This document shows, one piece after another, positions 38,791-50,750 of a DNA stretch of 64,000 bases. Both the position numbers and the translations under genes were made by a program. The stretch lies in the NCBI GenBank assembly GCA_951406725.2, contig OX597815.1, forward strand, positions 6,262,001 to 6,326,000, in the 5' to 3' direction. The notes beneath the pieces are model-generated. The model did not search any database. It had not been told where the DNA came from and saw only the letters and a list, made by a program, of their open reading frames with translations. Position 1 is the first letter of the stretch, and every line of letters starts with the position of its first letter. This DNA is from Octopus vulgaris. Taxonomy: Eukaryota.

Positions 38791-39355
38791 ACTGGTAAGC
38801 CTGGAGGTCTGCTGCACTAGGCACCAGTTGTCTGCTTCAGCACAGTCTCTACAGCTGGATGCCCCCCCCCCCATGATGCCAATTATTTAACAGGGTGGAC
38901 TTTTTCTTTGGCAGTCAACCCTTATTGAGCAGGTGTATGATAAAAAATATTCCAACTATGGCCATCCTGTCTCTGTAGAGGCATCGCTTACTACATTAGC
39001 CATTATCTCCTTTGCATGGGTAGGATGTGATGTGAAGTAGATTTGATTGCTATTTCTAGCAGATCAAGTGACCACATTCAGGCCCTTTTAAGTTTGCTTT
39101 TATTGTTGTTAATGCGGTGAGCTGGCAGAATCGTTAGCACACCAGACAAAGTGCTTTGAGGTATTTCATCTGTCTTTATGTTCTGAGTTCAAATTCCACC
39201 GAGGTTGACTTTGCCTTTCATCCTTTTGGGGCACTGGGGTTGATGTAATCAACTTGCCCCCTCCCCCACAAAATTTCATGCCTTTTGCCTATAATAGAAA
39301 GGATTATTAAAGAGGTTGTTGTTGCTGTTGTTATTGTTGGTGATGATGAATTTAC

Positions 39356-39356
<1 letters not shown>

Positions 39357-39418
<62 letters not shown>

Positions 39419-39432
39419 TACTATTATTACTA

Positions 39433-39463
<31 letters not shown>

Positions 39464-39475
39464 TACTATTATTAC

Positions 39476-39557
<82 letters not shown>

Positions 39558-39591
39558 ATTAATATTATCATTATTATTATTATTATTATTA
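39357..39591. repeat. (ATT)n microsatellite
   Basis: Seen directly. Confidence 0.95.
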
Positions 39592-39802
39592 CACTGGGTA
39601 ATCATAATAATTGCTTTTTATAATTAATCCAATCTCATTTGATGGAACTGAGTTCAGAAATGCCCTCAGAAATTTTCTATCACATTAAGTTTTTTATTAA
39701 ACAGGAATTATTATTTTTTTTTACCAAAAAATGTCAATTTTGTCATTAAATGTAAGACTGAAATAAGAAACCAACACAAACCAAATAGTACATTTTATTG
39801 TT

Positions 39803-40153
39803 TAACCCTTTCGTTACTAATCTGGCTGAAACCAGTTCTGGCTCTGAGTACAAATGTCTTGTTTCCATAAGTTTTGAATTAAAATCTTTCACCAAACCTT
39901 AGTCACAATCTATGTTCCTAACACTTGCTGAATGATAACTAAGTTATTTTACTAAGTTCTTTGTTATATTTAAAATTAATTGAAAGAAACACAGAGCATC
40001 TCAACAAAAATATGGTAACAAAAGGGTTAAAATATATAATAGAGAAACAATTCTTAACCCTTTTGATACCAACCCAGCTGAAACCAGCTCCGGCTTTGTA
40101 GTACAAATGTCTTGTTTCCATAAGTTTTGAATTAAAATCTTCCTCCAAACCTA
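39803..40153 (-). mobile_element. Inverted copy of the array MITE: one full unit, spacer and a partial unit
   Basis: Reverse complement of the array unit, including the spacer AATATATAATAGAGAAACAATTC. Confidence 0.9.
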
Positions 40154-40751
40154 ATCCAGAAATAAGCAAAAGACATCGGAGCTGTTTTTACATTCACTTC
40201 TCTCACAACTGGCCATATTTCTGAACCACAAAACATATTCAAGCCAGTTGCCACCTGGGAAAAGCATTTTCAAAATAGTCAACAGTTACAAAGTAAGCAA
40301 AAACAAAAGCATTTGTACCATGAAGTTCTTTTTATAGTTCTTTGACCATGCTTGACGGAAAGTGACTTTGACTTGTATGACCTCACAATTAAAACATTAA
40401 GGGCACATTCAAAATACCAATTTTCATAAGAAACAGTTTAAAAGTTCAACAAAACATGTCTCATCAAGTTTGCAATTACAGTCACACTAAATTAAGCAGA
40501 ACGTGTGCATATCTGCAAATGAATTCCACAAATATGAGACATGGATGGTACCAAGGGCCTCAGAATATGTTGTTTCTTAACATCTAATTGTATAAAGGAC
40601 ATTTCAATCATCATCATCATCGTGGCATTTGATACTGGTTAGGTTGAAAATAGTAAAAGTTGCTCAAGTTTGATGATTATCATTTACTGAAGATGCTTAA
40701 ATCATGAATTTTGCTTTCACTTTCATAGTTGTATTTACTTTAAATGAGATT

Positions 40752-41010
40752 CATCATCATCATCATCGTTTAACGTCCACTTTCCATGCTAGCATGGGTT
40801 GGACGATTTGTCTGAGGACTAGCAAAGCAGATGGCTGCACCAGGCTCCAATCTCTGATCTGGCAGAGTTTCTACAGCTGGATGCCCTTCCTAACGCCAAC
40901 CACTCCGTGAGTGTAGTGAGTGCTTTTTACGTGCCACCAGCACAGAAGCCAGTTAGGCAGGCCTGGTATCAACCACACTCAAATGGTGTTTTTTATGTGC
41001 CACCTGCACA
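40752..41010 (-). mobile_element. SINE-like family B
   Basis: Conserved family B body. Confidence 0.8.
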
Positions 41011-41528
41011 GGCGTCCCATCCACGTGGGGAACTTATGTGGCAAGGAAACCGGAAAACCGGCCCTTATGAGCCAGGCATGGCTCGAGAAGGAACAAATAT
41101 CCAATATGTCTCTCCTTTTTTTTTGGTTTGGTTTGATAAAGATTTAGCTGTTATTTCCTGCAGGGCAAACGACTATGTCAAATACCCTTATTTGTGTACC
41201 TAATCTTGAGCCAAGGACGAAGGGCTGGGCTGGGGGGGGGGGGAGTTTGCCGAATTTATTGTTTAGGTGTAATTTTGTTTGATATGACAGACACCTGACT
41301 GAAGACCTTTCCTTCTCAATTTATTTTTCTGCAAAACTTACACACAACTCTTATTTTCTTTTTCTCACTAACTTATGAAAAGACAAACCACATTTCGTGT
41401 AACCGCGTGTGTGCGTGCGTGTGCCTGTGTGTGCATGCGTGTGTGTGTGTGTCCATACATAAAACCGTTTATATATGTGTGTATGTGTGTGTGTGTTTGT
41501 ATGTATAAATATATATATATATATATAT

Positions 41529-41606
<78 letters not shown>

Positions 41607-42345
41607 TGGTAGGTAGGTAGGTAGGTAGGTAAGTAGATAGATGGATAGATAGATAGATAGATAGATAAGGATAGATAGGTAATAGATAGATAGACAGATA
41701 GATAGACAGATAAATAGACAGATAGATAAACATATATATATGTCCTGCTTGCATGCCATTTTGGACAAGTGTCTTCTATAGCCTCAGGCCAATCAAAGCC
41801 TTGTAAGTGGATTTGGTTGACTGAAACTGAAAGAAGACCTTTGTGTGTGTGTACTTGTGCATATGAGTGTGTGTGTGCGTGTGCATGTGTGTGTGTGCGC
41901 GTGTGCGCTTGTGCGCGTATCAAAACCTATCCTACATCGTTTCACTGTTTCTTTGGCAACTGTAACAAGTGTATTGTTATAACCATGGGCCCTGCTTGGT
42001 CGTAGTCTTCCTTGGAGCTACAGAATATCGACAGCAACAGAATCACCAGCAGCAATGGCAGCATCCTTTTAATCTTGTCTACAATAATTATGTTCAAGTA
42101 GAACTGGCCGATACCATAGCAACCGCAATTTATAAAGCCAGAGTCTTCTAATGAAACCATACAATGACATCTTCAGTGATGTCAACATTGACCAGGTGAC
42201 CACTGCAAACAATGTCCTTTCTTCCTCATTGTACAAAAGCATTGCTCCATTCTTTTGAACTATTTATATTATTATTTCGAAAATAGTAATATATATCCTA
42301 TTTTCAAAGGCGAATAGGCATCGACAGCTAGCAAGCCAGGCTACA

Positions 42346-42386
42346 CCAGACTGATGATGAGCAATGACCCTGAAACTAGTCTCTGG
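42346..42386 (+). ncRNA. Minimal type I hammerhead ribozyme motif (stem II decayed)
   Basis: CCAGA-CTGATGA-tgagcaatgaccct-GAAA-CTAG-TC-TCTGG: perfect 5 bp stem I, intact core, palindromic ACTAGT stem III and a GTC cleavage triplet. Confidence 0.65.
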
Positions 42387-42552
42387 ATGCTGGCTTTGCT
42401 GGGCAGAGGTGCTTATCTCCCCCTTTGAAAATTTAAGGACACAGAAAATGTATCATGGCCTGCAGGAAACGGTGTTTCCTGGGGCTAAATAGCAGTAGCA
42501 TTCTTCCCTTTCATGGGACTGTCACATTAAGTTGACAACACACCATCACTTT

Positions 42553-42611
<59 letters not shown>

Positions 42612-43039
42612 TTTATTTTTAACACGGTGAACTGGTAGAGTCGTTAGCACATTGGGCAATATTCTTAGCAGTATTATATCCATCTTTACATTCTGAGTTC
42701 AAATTTCTACCAAGGCCGACTTTACCTTTCATCCTTTCAGGGTTGATGAAATAAGTACCAGTTACTCACCAGGGTCGATATAATTAACTTAATCCCTTCA
42801 CCCATATTTGAAGCCTTGTGCTACCACTAGAAAGGATCGTCGTCGTCGTCGAGGTGGTGAGCCGGCAGACATGTTAGCACGCTGGATGAAATGCTTTGTG
42901 GTATTTCACCTGTTGCTACATTCTGAGTTCAAATTCCATCGAGGTTGACTTTGCCTTTCATTCTTTTGGGGTCGATAAAATAAGTACCAGTTGAATCAAC
43001 TCATCCCAAGCTGCCCTTGTGGCCAAAATTTGAAATAAT

Positions 43040-43485
43040 TATTATTTATTGTCTTTGCACATCTTCTATTGCTGGAGATGTAATATGGTGCCAGCTGTTC
43101 ACTACCAGTGAACTAAAGTAACACCCCTTAGTTTTCGAGCACCATCCAGAGTATCCCCTTATTGCAGTCCCTATTTGTTCCACGTACTTCTCGAGATTTT
43201 TGCTCACTGTTCCCAGGGCTCCGACAATTATTGGTACTACTGCTACCTTTTTCATCGACCACAACTGCTTAACTTCCCAAGCTAACCTGTCATATCTCTC
43301 GACTTTTCTTCCTTCCTTATCACATACCTTGTTGTCAGCTAGGCATGCTATGTCTATGATCCAGCATAGTTTGTTTTCTTTCTCAATTAAGACTATGTCT
43401 GGCTTCCTATTCTCTATCTCATGGTTGCACTGAATCATAAAATCCCACAGGATCTTTGCATTATCATTTTTGATGATGCCTTTGG

Positions 43486-43489
<4 letters not shown>
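43040..43489 (-). pseudogene. 3' fragment of an R4/Dong-like non-LTR retrotransposon (restriction-like endonuclease domain)
   Basis: KILWDFMIQCNHEIENRKPDIVLIEKENKLCWIIDIAC...KVERY...VVPIIVGALG is the PD..D RLE signature. It is 5'-truncated at a (TAA)n tract. Confidence 0.85.
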
Positions 43490-43542
<53 letters not shown>

Positions 43543-43773
43543 GAAGGTGGTGAGCTGGCAGAATTGTTAGCACACTGGGCAAAATGCCTAGTGGTATTTC
43601 ATCCATTTTTATGTACTAAATTCAAATTCTACCAAAGTTGACTTTGCTTTTCATCCTTTCAGAGTTGATAAAATAAGTACCAGTTGCATACTGGGGTCAA
43701 TGTGATTGATTTAATCCCCTTCCCTGAAATAGCTGGCCTTGTGCCAGAAGTTGAAACCGTTGCTATCATCATC

Positions 43774-43827
<54 letters not shown>

Positions 43828-44349
43828 ATTTAGCAACGCAACTTCACTAGTTTTCTGAGATTCCACTCGATTGTCACATGATAACTGGGCATTTATCAGA
43901 TGAAAATGCAATTAATCTTGAATGTCGATTAAGACCTTTAGTCCTTAGTCATTTGTCTTATCACTCAATGCTTCATGAGATCTCGGCTTGTCATGTTCTC
44001 TTGATAAAAGAAAACACATCAAGTCATGGCAGAAATTTCTTTCTGTATTTGATAATAATCTGGTGTGGAAATGCTTTACACATGCAGATGCAGACGTGGA
44101 TGAACAGGTGCAGGCATGAATTTGCAGGTGCAGGCATGGATGTGTGTAGTTAAGAAGCTGGCATGCAAACTACATGGTTTGGGGTTCAGTCCCACTGCAT
44201 GGAACCTTCGGCAAATGTCTTCTACTATAGCCCCCACACAACTATTCTTATGTCCCTGAAGGGATACATACACATACATACACAAATATACATATATACG
44301 CATAAACACATACTTATATATCCTTAGATACACAAATATACATACATGT

Positions 44350-44732
44350 GGCACTTTGTCAGTTATGATGACGACGAGGGTTCCAGTTGATCTAATCAAC
44401 AGAACAGCCTGCTCGTGAAATTAACATGCAAGTGGCTGAGCACTCCACAGATACGTTTACCCTTAACGTAGTTCTTGGGGAGATTCAGCGTGACACAGAG
44501 AGTGACAAGGCTGGACCCTTTGAAACACAGGTACAACAGAAACAGGAAGTAAGAGTGAGAGAAAGTTGTTGTGAAAGAATACAGCAGGGTTCGCCACCAA
44601 CCCCTGCTGGAGCCTCGTGGAGATTTAGGTGTTTTTGCTCAATAAACACTCACAACGCCTGGTCTGGGAATCGAAACCGCGATCCTGTGACCACAAGTCT
44701 GCTGCCCTAACTACTGGGCCATTGCGCCTCCA
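44350..44732 (-). mobile_element. SINE with head type E and the family D tail
   Basis: Head shared with 13500-13685; tail shared with 36625-36790. Confidence 0.8.
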
Positions 44733-44836
44733 CATACATACATACATACACACATAAACACATATACACAGAAAAATTACATAAAGATAAGCATTTCTTG
44801 AAAGCATAAAAATATGTGTATCTATGTATGTGCATG

Positions 44837-44867
<31 letters not shown>

Positions 44868-45089
44868 TTGAGTGTGAGTGTGTGCTTGTGCATGCAACCA
44901 TGTGTTTCAATGTTCAGCTAAAAAAAATTAAAGAAATAAAAACTTTTTGTAGAAATTGTTGGACACATACTTTCAGTTTAGATATACTTTCTCCGAAAGA
45001 TCGCCAGTTGGCAGATGTGGAACATGTAGGATGGGCTGATGGTACAGGGCAGCCATCTTATATATGAGTGTGTTTGCTGTAGTCAAATG

Positions 45090-45522
45090 TACACAGGTGA
45101 GTCAAAAAGTAATGCCATTTTGTTTAGGACAGGTATAATTACCAACACAGGAACATGTATCATACATCAAAACGAAGCTGGTCCTCTGTGGATCACACCC
45201 CTACTTCTCAACATAGTCACCATTTCTCTCAATAGCAATGTTCCACCTTCGAATGAGAGCATGTATTCCTCCCCTGTAAAATTCTGTTGACTGTTCTTTG
45301 AGCCACATCTCCACTACAGTTTTCACTTCCTCATCACTGGACTATCATCTCTATTCAGCCCCATGAAAGAGGGTTTGAGAGGCAAACATTATTCCAGTTG
45401 AGAAGTAGGGATGTGATCCACAGAGGACCAGCTTCATTTTGATGTATGATACATGTTCCTGTGTTGGTAATAATTATACCTGTCCTAAACAAAATGGCAT
45501 TTCTTTTGGACTCACCCTCGTA
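45090..45522 (-). mobile_element. Mariner-derived MITE with ~120 bp TIRs and a transposase C-terminal remnant
   Basis: TA-flanked ends, with TACGAGGGTGAGTC on the minus strand. 45341-45201 encodes SSDEEVKTVVEMWLKEQSTEFYRGGIHALIRRWNIAIERNGDYVEK*. Confidence 0.9.
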
Positions 45523-46316
45523 TGTTATATTTAAGAAAAGAGGCAACTAATTTGGTGACCTCATAGGGAATCCAAACCCTACATTACCCCACTGATGTGA
45601 ACCCACAAATGTGATGCAAGACAGCATAAAACATATTGTCTGCCCAAATCCCTTACAATTTCTTTCAAGTTACCCCTTGAGTTATATCATTGGTTTCAAA
45701 TCTTGGCACAAGGCCAGCAATTTCAGGAGAGGGAGTAAGTCAATTACATTGACCCCAGTGCTCTGCTCGTATTTAATTTATCGACCCTGAAAGGATGAAA
45801 AGCAAAATCGACCTTAGCAAAATTTGAACTCAGAATCATCATCATCGTTTAACGTCCGCTTTCCGTGCTAGCATGGGTTGGATGATTTGACTGAGGTCTG
45901 GCGAACCAGATGGCTGCACCAGACTCCAATCTTGATCTGGCAGAGTTTCTACAGCTGGATGCCCTTCCTAACACCAACCACTCTGAGAGTGGTTAACAGA
46001 TGAAATGCTGCTAAGCATTTAACCCAGCATCCTTACAATTCTGCTCACTCACCATCTTCTTAGATTATATTAAACACTAAATCATCATCATTTAGTGTCC
46101 GTTGTTCACACTGGCATAGATTGGACAGTTTGACCAGGGCTGGCAAGCAGAGGGGCAGCACCAGACTCCAGTCTGATTTGGCATGGTTTTCTATGGCTGG
46201 ATGCCCTTCCTAATGCCAAATATTTGTTTCAAATTTTGGCACAAGGCCAGCAATTTTGGGAGAGGAGCTAAGTTGATTATATCAACCCAAGTCCTTAATT
46301 AGTACTAATTTTATAG

Positions 46317-46775
46317 GCAAAGTCGACTTTGTTGGAACTTGAACCCAGAATGTTAAGGCAGACGAAATCCCTATTTCTTTACTACCCACATGGAGCTAAA
46401 CACAGAGGGGACAAACAGATTAAGTTGATTATATCGACCCTGGTGAGTAACTGGTACTTATTTAATCGACCCCGAAAGGATAAAAGGCAAAGTCAACCTC
46501 AGCAGAATTTGAACTCAGAACATAGCGGCAGACGAAATACCTATTTCTTTACTACCCACAAGGGGCTAAAACACAGAGAGGGCAAACAAGGACAGACAAA
46601 TGGATTAAGTCGATTATATCGACCCCAGTGTGTAACTGGTACCTAATTTATCGACCCCGAAAGGATAAAAAGCAAAGTCAACCTCAGCGGAATTTGAACT
46701 CAGAATGTAAAGACAGACGAAATACCGCTAAGCATTTTACCCGGCCTGCTAACGATTCTGCCAGCTTGCCTCCTT
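46317..46775 (-). mobile_element. Tandem/nested SINE family C trimer
   Basis: The GACGAAAT(A/C)CC|TATTTCTTTACTACCCAC junction occurs twice. Confidence 0.85.
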
Positions 46776-47339
46776 CTTGAGTTCTATTGCTGCTAGAAAG
46801 GTTTTTGTCTGGCAGAAATAAATGTTCCAAACATCTGTTTGTCCTACTTGGAACTGAATAATAAACAGAAGACAGCTTGGAAGTGTATTATTGCTTGACA
46901 AACATTCAGCTGCCGCCGTATGTTAGCACCACCATTTATCTGCTGGTTAGAACGCCACTGGATGGCTCTCGATGGATAATGTATGTGTGTCTCTTGACTA
47001 AATATATCTGTCAAGGAGCTTTCTAGAAGTTATATTATTAAGGTCAATGCCTGGGAACGGGGTGGGATCGAGCGGAATTTCTTAAATCATAACAATGGCT
47101 GAAAGATCTGTCGCTGGAGAAGTAAATATTCTACGATGGGGTGTTTGGAGACAAAATAACATTCACACAAAGACTCACACACACACACACACACTGACAT
47201 ACATAGTGTGTGTCGGGTGTGTCAGTGTGTGTGTGTGCGACACATAGGATATACATACACACAAACAGCAACACTCAAAGAATCACACATATAAAAGCAC
47301 ATCATTCTCTTCCCACACACACACGCATAAATATATACA

Positions 47340-47826
47340 AGTGTGTGTGTGTGTGTGTGTACCTGCATATGTATATGCCCTTATGTGTGTGTATGTGTGT
47401 GTGTTTATGTGCGTGTGTGTGTATATATATGTGTGTGTATATGTATGTGTGTATATATATGTGTGTGTATATGTATGTGTGTAAATGTGTGTGTGTATGT
47501 GTGTGCGTATATGTGTGTGTATATGAGTATGTATATGTGTGTATGTGTGTGTACCTGTATATGAATATGCACTTATGTGTGTGTATATGTGTGTGTGTAT
47601 GTGTGTGTATATGTGTGTATGTGTGTGTACCTGTATACGTATATGCAGTTATGTGTGTGTATATATGTGTGTGTACCTATATATGTGTACCTATATATGT
47701 ATATGCACTTGTGTGTGTATGTATATATATATGTGTGTGTATATATATGTGTGTGTACATTATATGTGTGTGTGTGTGTATATATATGTGTGTATATGTA
47801 TGCATTTATATGTGTGTGTGTGTATA
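47340..47826. repeat. Degenerate (TG)n/(TA)n microsatellite
   Basis: Seen directly. Confidence 0.9.
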
Positions 47827-48199
47827 TTATTTGTTGGGATGTTAAACATATTTGTTGAATATGATCATACACACACCCAAACATACCTACATATCACCCA
47901 CAAAGCCCTTGCATATCTAACCCCAACCCTCACCCTTGTGCCTCCCCCATCCTTTACTCCATCATTTTCCCACTCACTCAGTCCCCCCCCGTATCACCTC
48001 TTACTCTCACCATCTCCAGCGTCCCTCAACCCTTTGTCCCAAAACATCTTCACCATCTTCTCTCTCTATTGCTGTATTTATTATTTTAATCCCTGACTCC
48101 TCCGTTCCCTTTATCTTGATCCCTAACTCAACCTCCTTTCTATTCCAACTGGAAGTATCCATGTATCTATTCCACAGTAAGACACCTATGCCTCTCCCC

Positions 48200-48690
48200 C
48201 ATCGTCATCATCATCATCATAGTTTAACATCCGTTTTCCATGCTGGCATGGGTTGAATGGTTTGACTGAGGTCTGGTAAGCTGGAGAACTGCACCAGGCT
48301 CCAATCTGATCTGGAAAGGTTTCTACAGCTGGATGCCCTTCCTAATGCCAACCACTCCGAGAGTGTAGTGGGTGCTTTTTACATGCCACCGGCACGGGGG
48401 TCAGTCAGTGGGTACTGGCATTGGCCATGTTTGGTTGGTGCTTTTTACATGCCAGTGGCACAGGAGCCAGTGTGGGGGTACTGGCATCGACCACATTCAG
48501 ATGGTGCTTTTTACATGCCACCGGCATGGGAGCCAGTCTGTGGGTACTGGTATCAGACATGTTCAGTTGATGCTTTTTACGTATCATCCGCATGGGAGCC
48601 AGTGTGGGGTTACTGGCATTGGCTACGTTTGGTTGGTACTTTTTACTTGCCACTGGCACGGAAGCCAGTCAGGTGAACCTGGCATCAACC
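48200..48690 (-). mobile_element. SINE-like family B with five internal units
   Basis: GGTGCTTTTTACATGCCA units at ~65 bp spacing. Confidence 0.8.
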
Positions 48691-49234
48691 ACTTGTTCCT
48701 GGCCCTCTGCTGGCACAAAACCACCTCCCTTGATACTGCCCTTCCACCCTCACATCAATTGAGGGTTGTTTGTTTTGTTAGTTATTTGGTAACTTCACCA
48801 GCAACTGGTGTCACATGCAAAGTGCCCTGTCTACTCTGTAAAGTGGTTGGTATTATTAGGAAGGGCTAATAGCTGTAGAAACCATGCCAAGGAAAACAAT
48901 AGATCCTGACACAGCGTCTAACCCATGCCGGCATGGAAGACGGACGTTAAATGATAACAAATACGATGATGATGATGATGGTGGTGGTGGTGAGAGGAGA
49001 AAGAAACAAAGAAGTGTCTAAACCCAAACTAAGATTGTAGATATTTGATTTCGTTAAGGAATCCTATTTTTAAACTTTTGGGGGTGGGGGGCATGGCTGG
49101 AGGGATGGTAGTGCGATGTGGTTTGGTTCTTTATGATGATAGCAGCTTGATTTAGCTTAGATCAACATCCTTATTATAGCATGGCTAAACAAACAACTAC
49201 ATACTAAATACATACATATGCGCATATATATATA

Positions 49235-49273
<39 letters not shown>

Positions 49274-49342
49274 GTTGAATCGCTAGCTTCTGCACGCATT
49301 TTTTTTCTCTCCTTGTTTCTCTCCGTGTTTCTTTTCTGTGTA

Positions 49343-49380
49343 TCTTTCTGTTGAAGAGCGTAGGCTCGAAACGTAAAAGA
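49343..49380 (+). ncRNA. Minimal type I hammerhead motif (A6U core variant) in a TA-flanked ~205 bp repeat (49274-49478)
   Basis: TCTTT-CTGTTGA-A-GAGC-gtag-GCTC-GAAA-CG-TA-AAAGA: 5 bp stem I, 4 bp stem II and a minimal palindromic ACGT stem III. Confidence 0.65.
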
Positions 49381-49491
49381 CTTGTTTTATTTATATTCCT
49401 GAGCGGCGTACTAATACAATTGTTTGTTTGTATTCCACCTGCCTTCGTCTTTCGTTTATTTTCATAAAGCTTCCCGTTATATATATATATA

Positions 49492-49522
<31 letters not shown>

Positions 49523-49554
49523 ACAGATATACCTATGAGTATGTTTGAGCGGAA

Positions 49555-49626
<72 letters not shown>

Positions 49627-49822
49627 GTGTGTGTGTATATATGTATGTTCCTCATGTATATGCAGTTTCATTCTTGCATAACTGAAATAATTTTAAGAGA
49701 TATTGATTTTATAAATTACAATATTACTCCTCTTATAATAACTTTCTCATACCTCTGTTTATATTTTATCTAATATGAATAATATAATGCATCTAATAAT
49801 AATAATAATGATAATAATAATA

Positions 49823-50137
49823 CCCGTGCCGGTGGCACGTAAAAAGCACCATCTGTTCGTGGCCGTTGCCAGCCTCGCCTGGCCCCCGCACATAAATGGC
49901 ATCATCCGATCGTGGCCGTTTGGCAGACTCGTCTGGCACCTGTGCCGGTGGCACGTAAAAAGCACCCACTACACTCATGGAGTGGTTGGCATTAGGAAGG
50001 GCATCCAGCCGTAGAAACATTGCCAGATCAGACTGGGCCTGGTGCAGCCTTCTGGCTTCCCAGACCCCAGTTGAACCGTCCAACCCATGCTAGCATGGAA
50101 AGCGGACGCTAAACGATGATGATGATGATGATGATGA
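49823..50137 (+). mobile_element. SINE-like family B
   Basis: Conserved body and (GAT)n tail. Confidence 0.85.
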
Positions 50138-50254
50138 ATAATTGATTCTTGTGTATGCTTATACATGCAAATATGTATGTACATTTAAGTCTAGGTATAT
50201 CTATAAATATGTAAATGTGTGTAGATTTATATTTATAACTTAACTTTATGTACT

Positions 50255-50384
50255 AAAATCTCTGACGAAGCCTAGAGAAACACCCAAGTACCTCAATTTC
50301 ATCTGCTAATTACTTCAGTCTTATGGAGGGATAAAGGTAGAATGAGGTATTTTTGTCTCTTCGCTGAAACAGCTGTAAGATATT
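50255..50384 (+). ncRNA. Type I hammerhead ribozyme with intact core and extended stem II
   Basis: ATCT-CTGACGA-AGC...(AAGTACCTCA...TGAGGTATTT)...GCT-GAAA-CAGCTG-TA-AGAT; predicted cleavage after A50377. Confidence 0.7.
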
Positions 50385-50686
50385 ATCCCAATTTCTATTC
50401 CTCTATGTTATATATTTTAATAATTACTGGTATCTTTATATATTAATATATTTTATATGTAAAGCATAATATGCTATACATGTATGTATATTGTTGTAAT
50501 TGTCATTTTAGTAAATAAATGAATAAGTTGACATAATATGTCTAAAAGTTGATGAACCACCTATTGATCCCCTCCATTTTCTTATTGCTCTCTATAAAAT
50601 ATGCATATATATATATTTATATATATCATCATCATCATCATCATGATATATATATATATATATATACACACATGTATTTATATATT

Positions 50687-50750
<64 letters not shown>

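Noticed and set aside
37859-38890. Poly-Pro/Gln/Thr/His protein exon
   Set aside because: Trinucleotide low-complexity sequence is open in several frames on both strands, with no domain or convincing splice signals.
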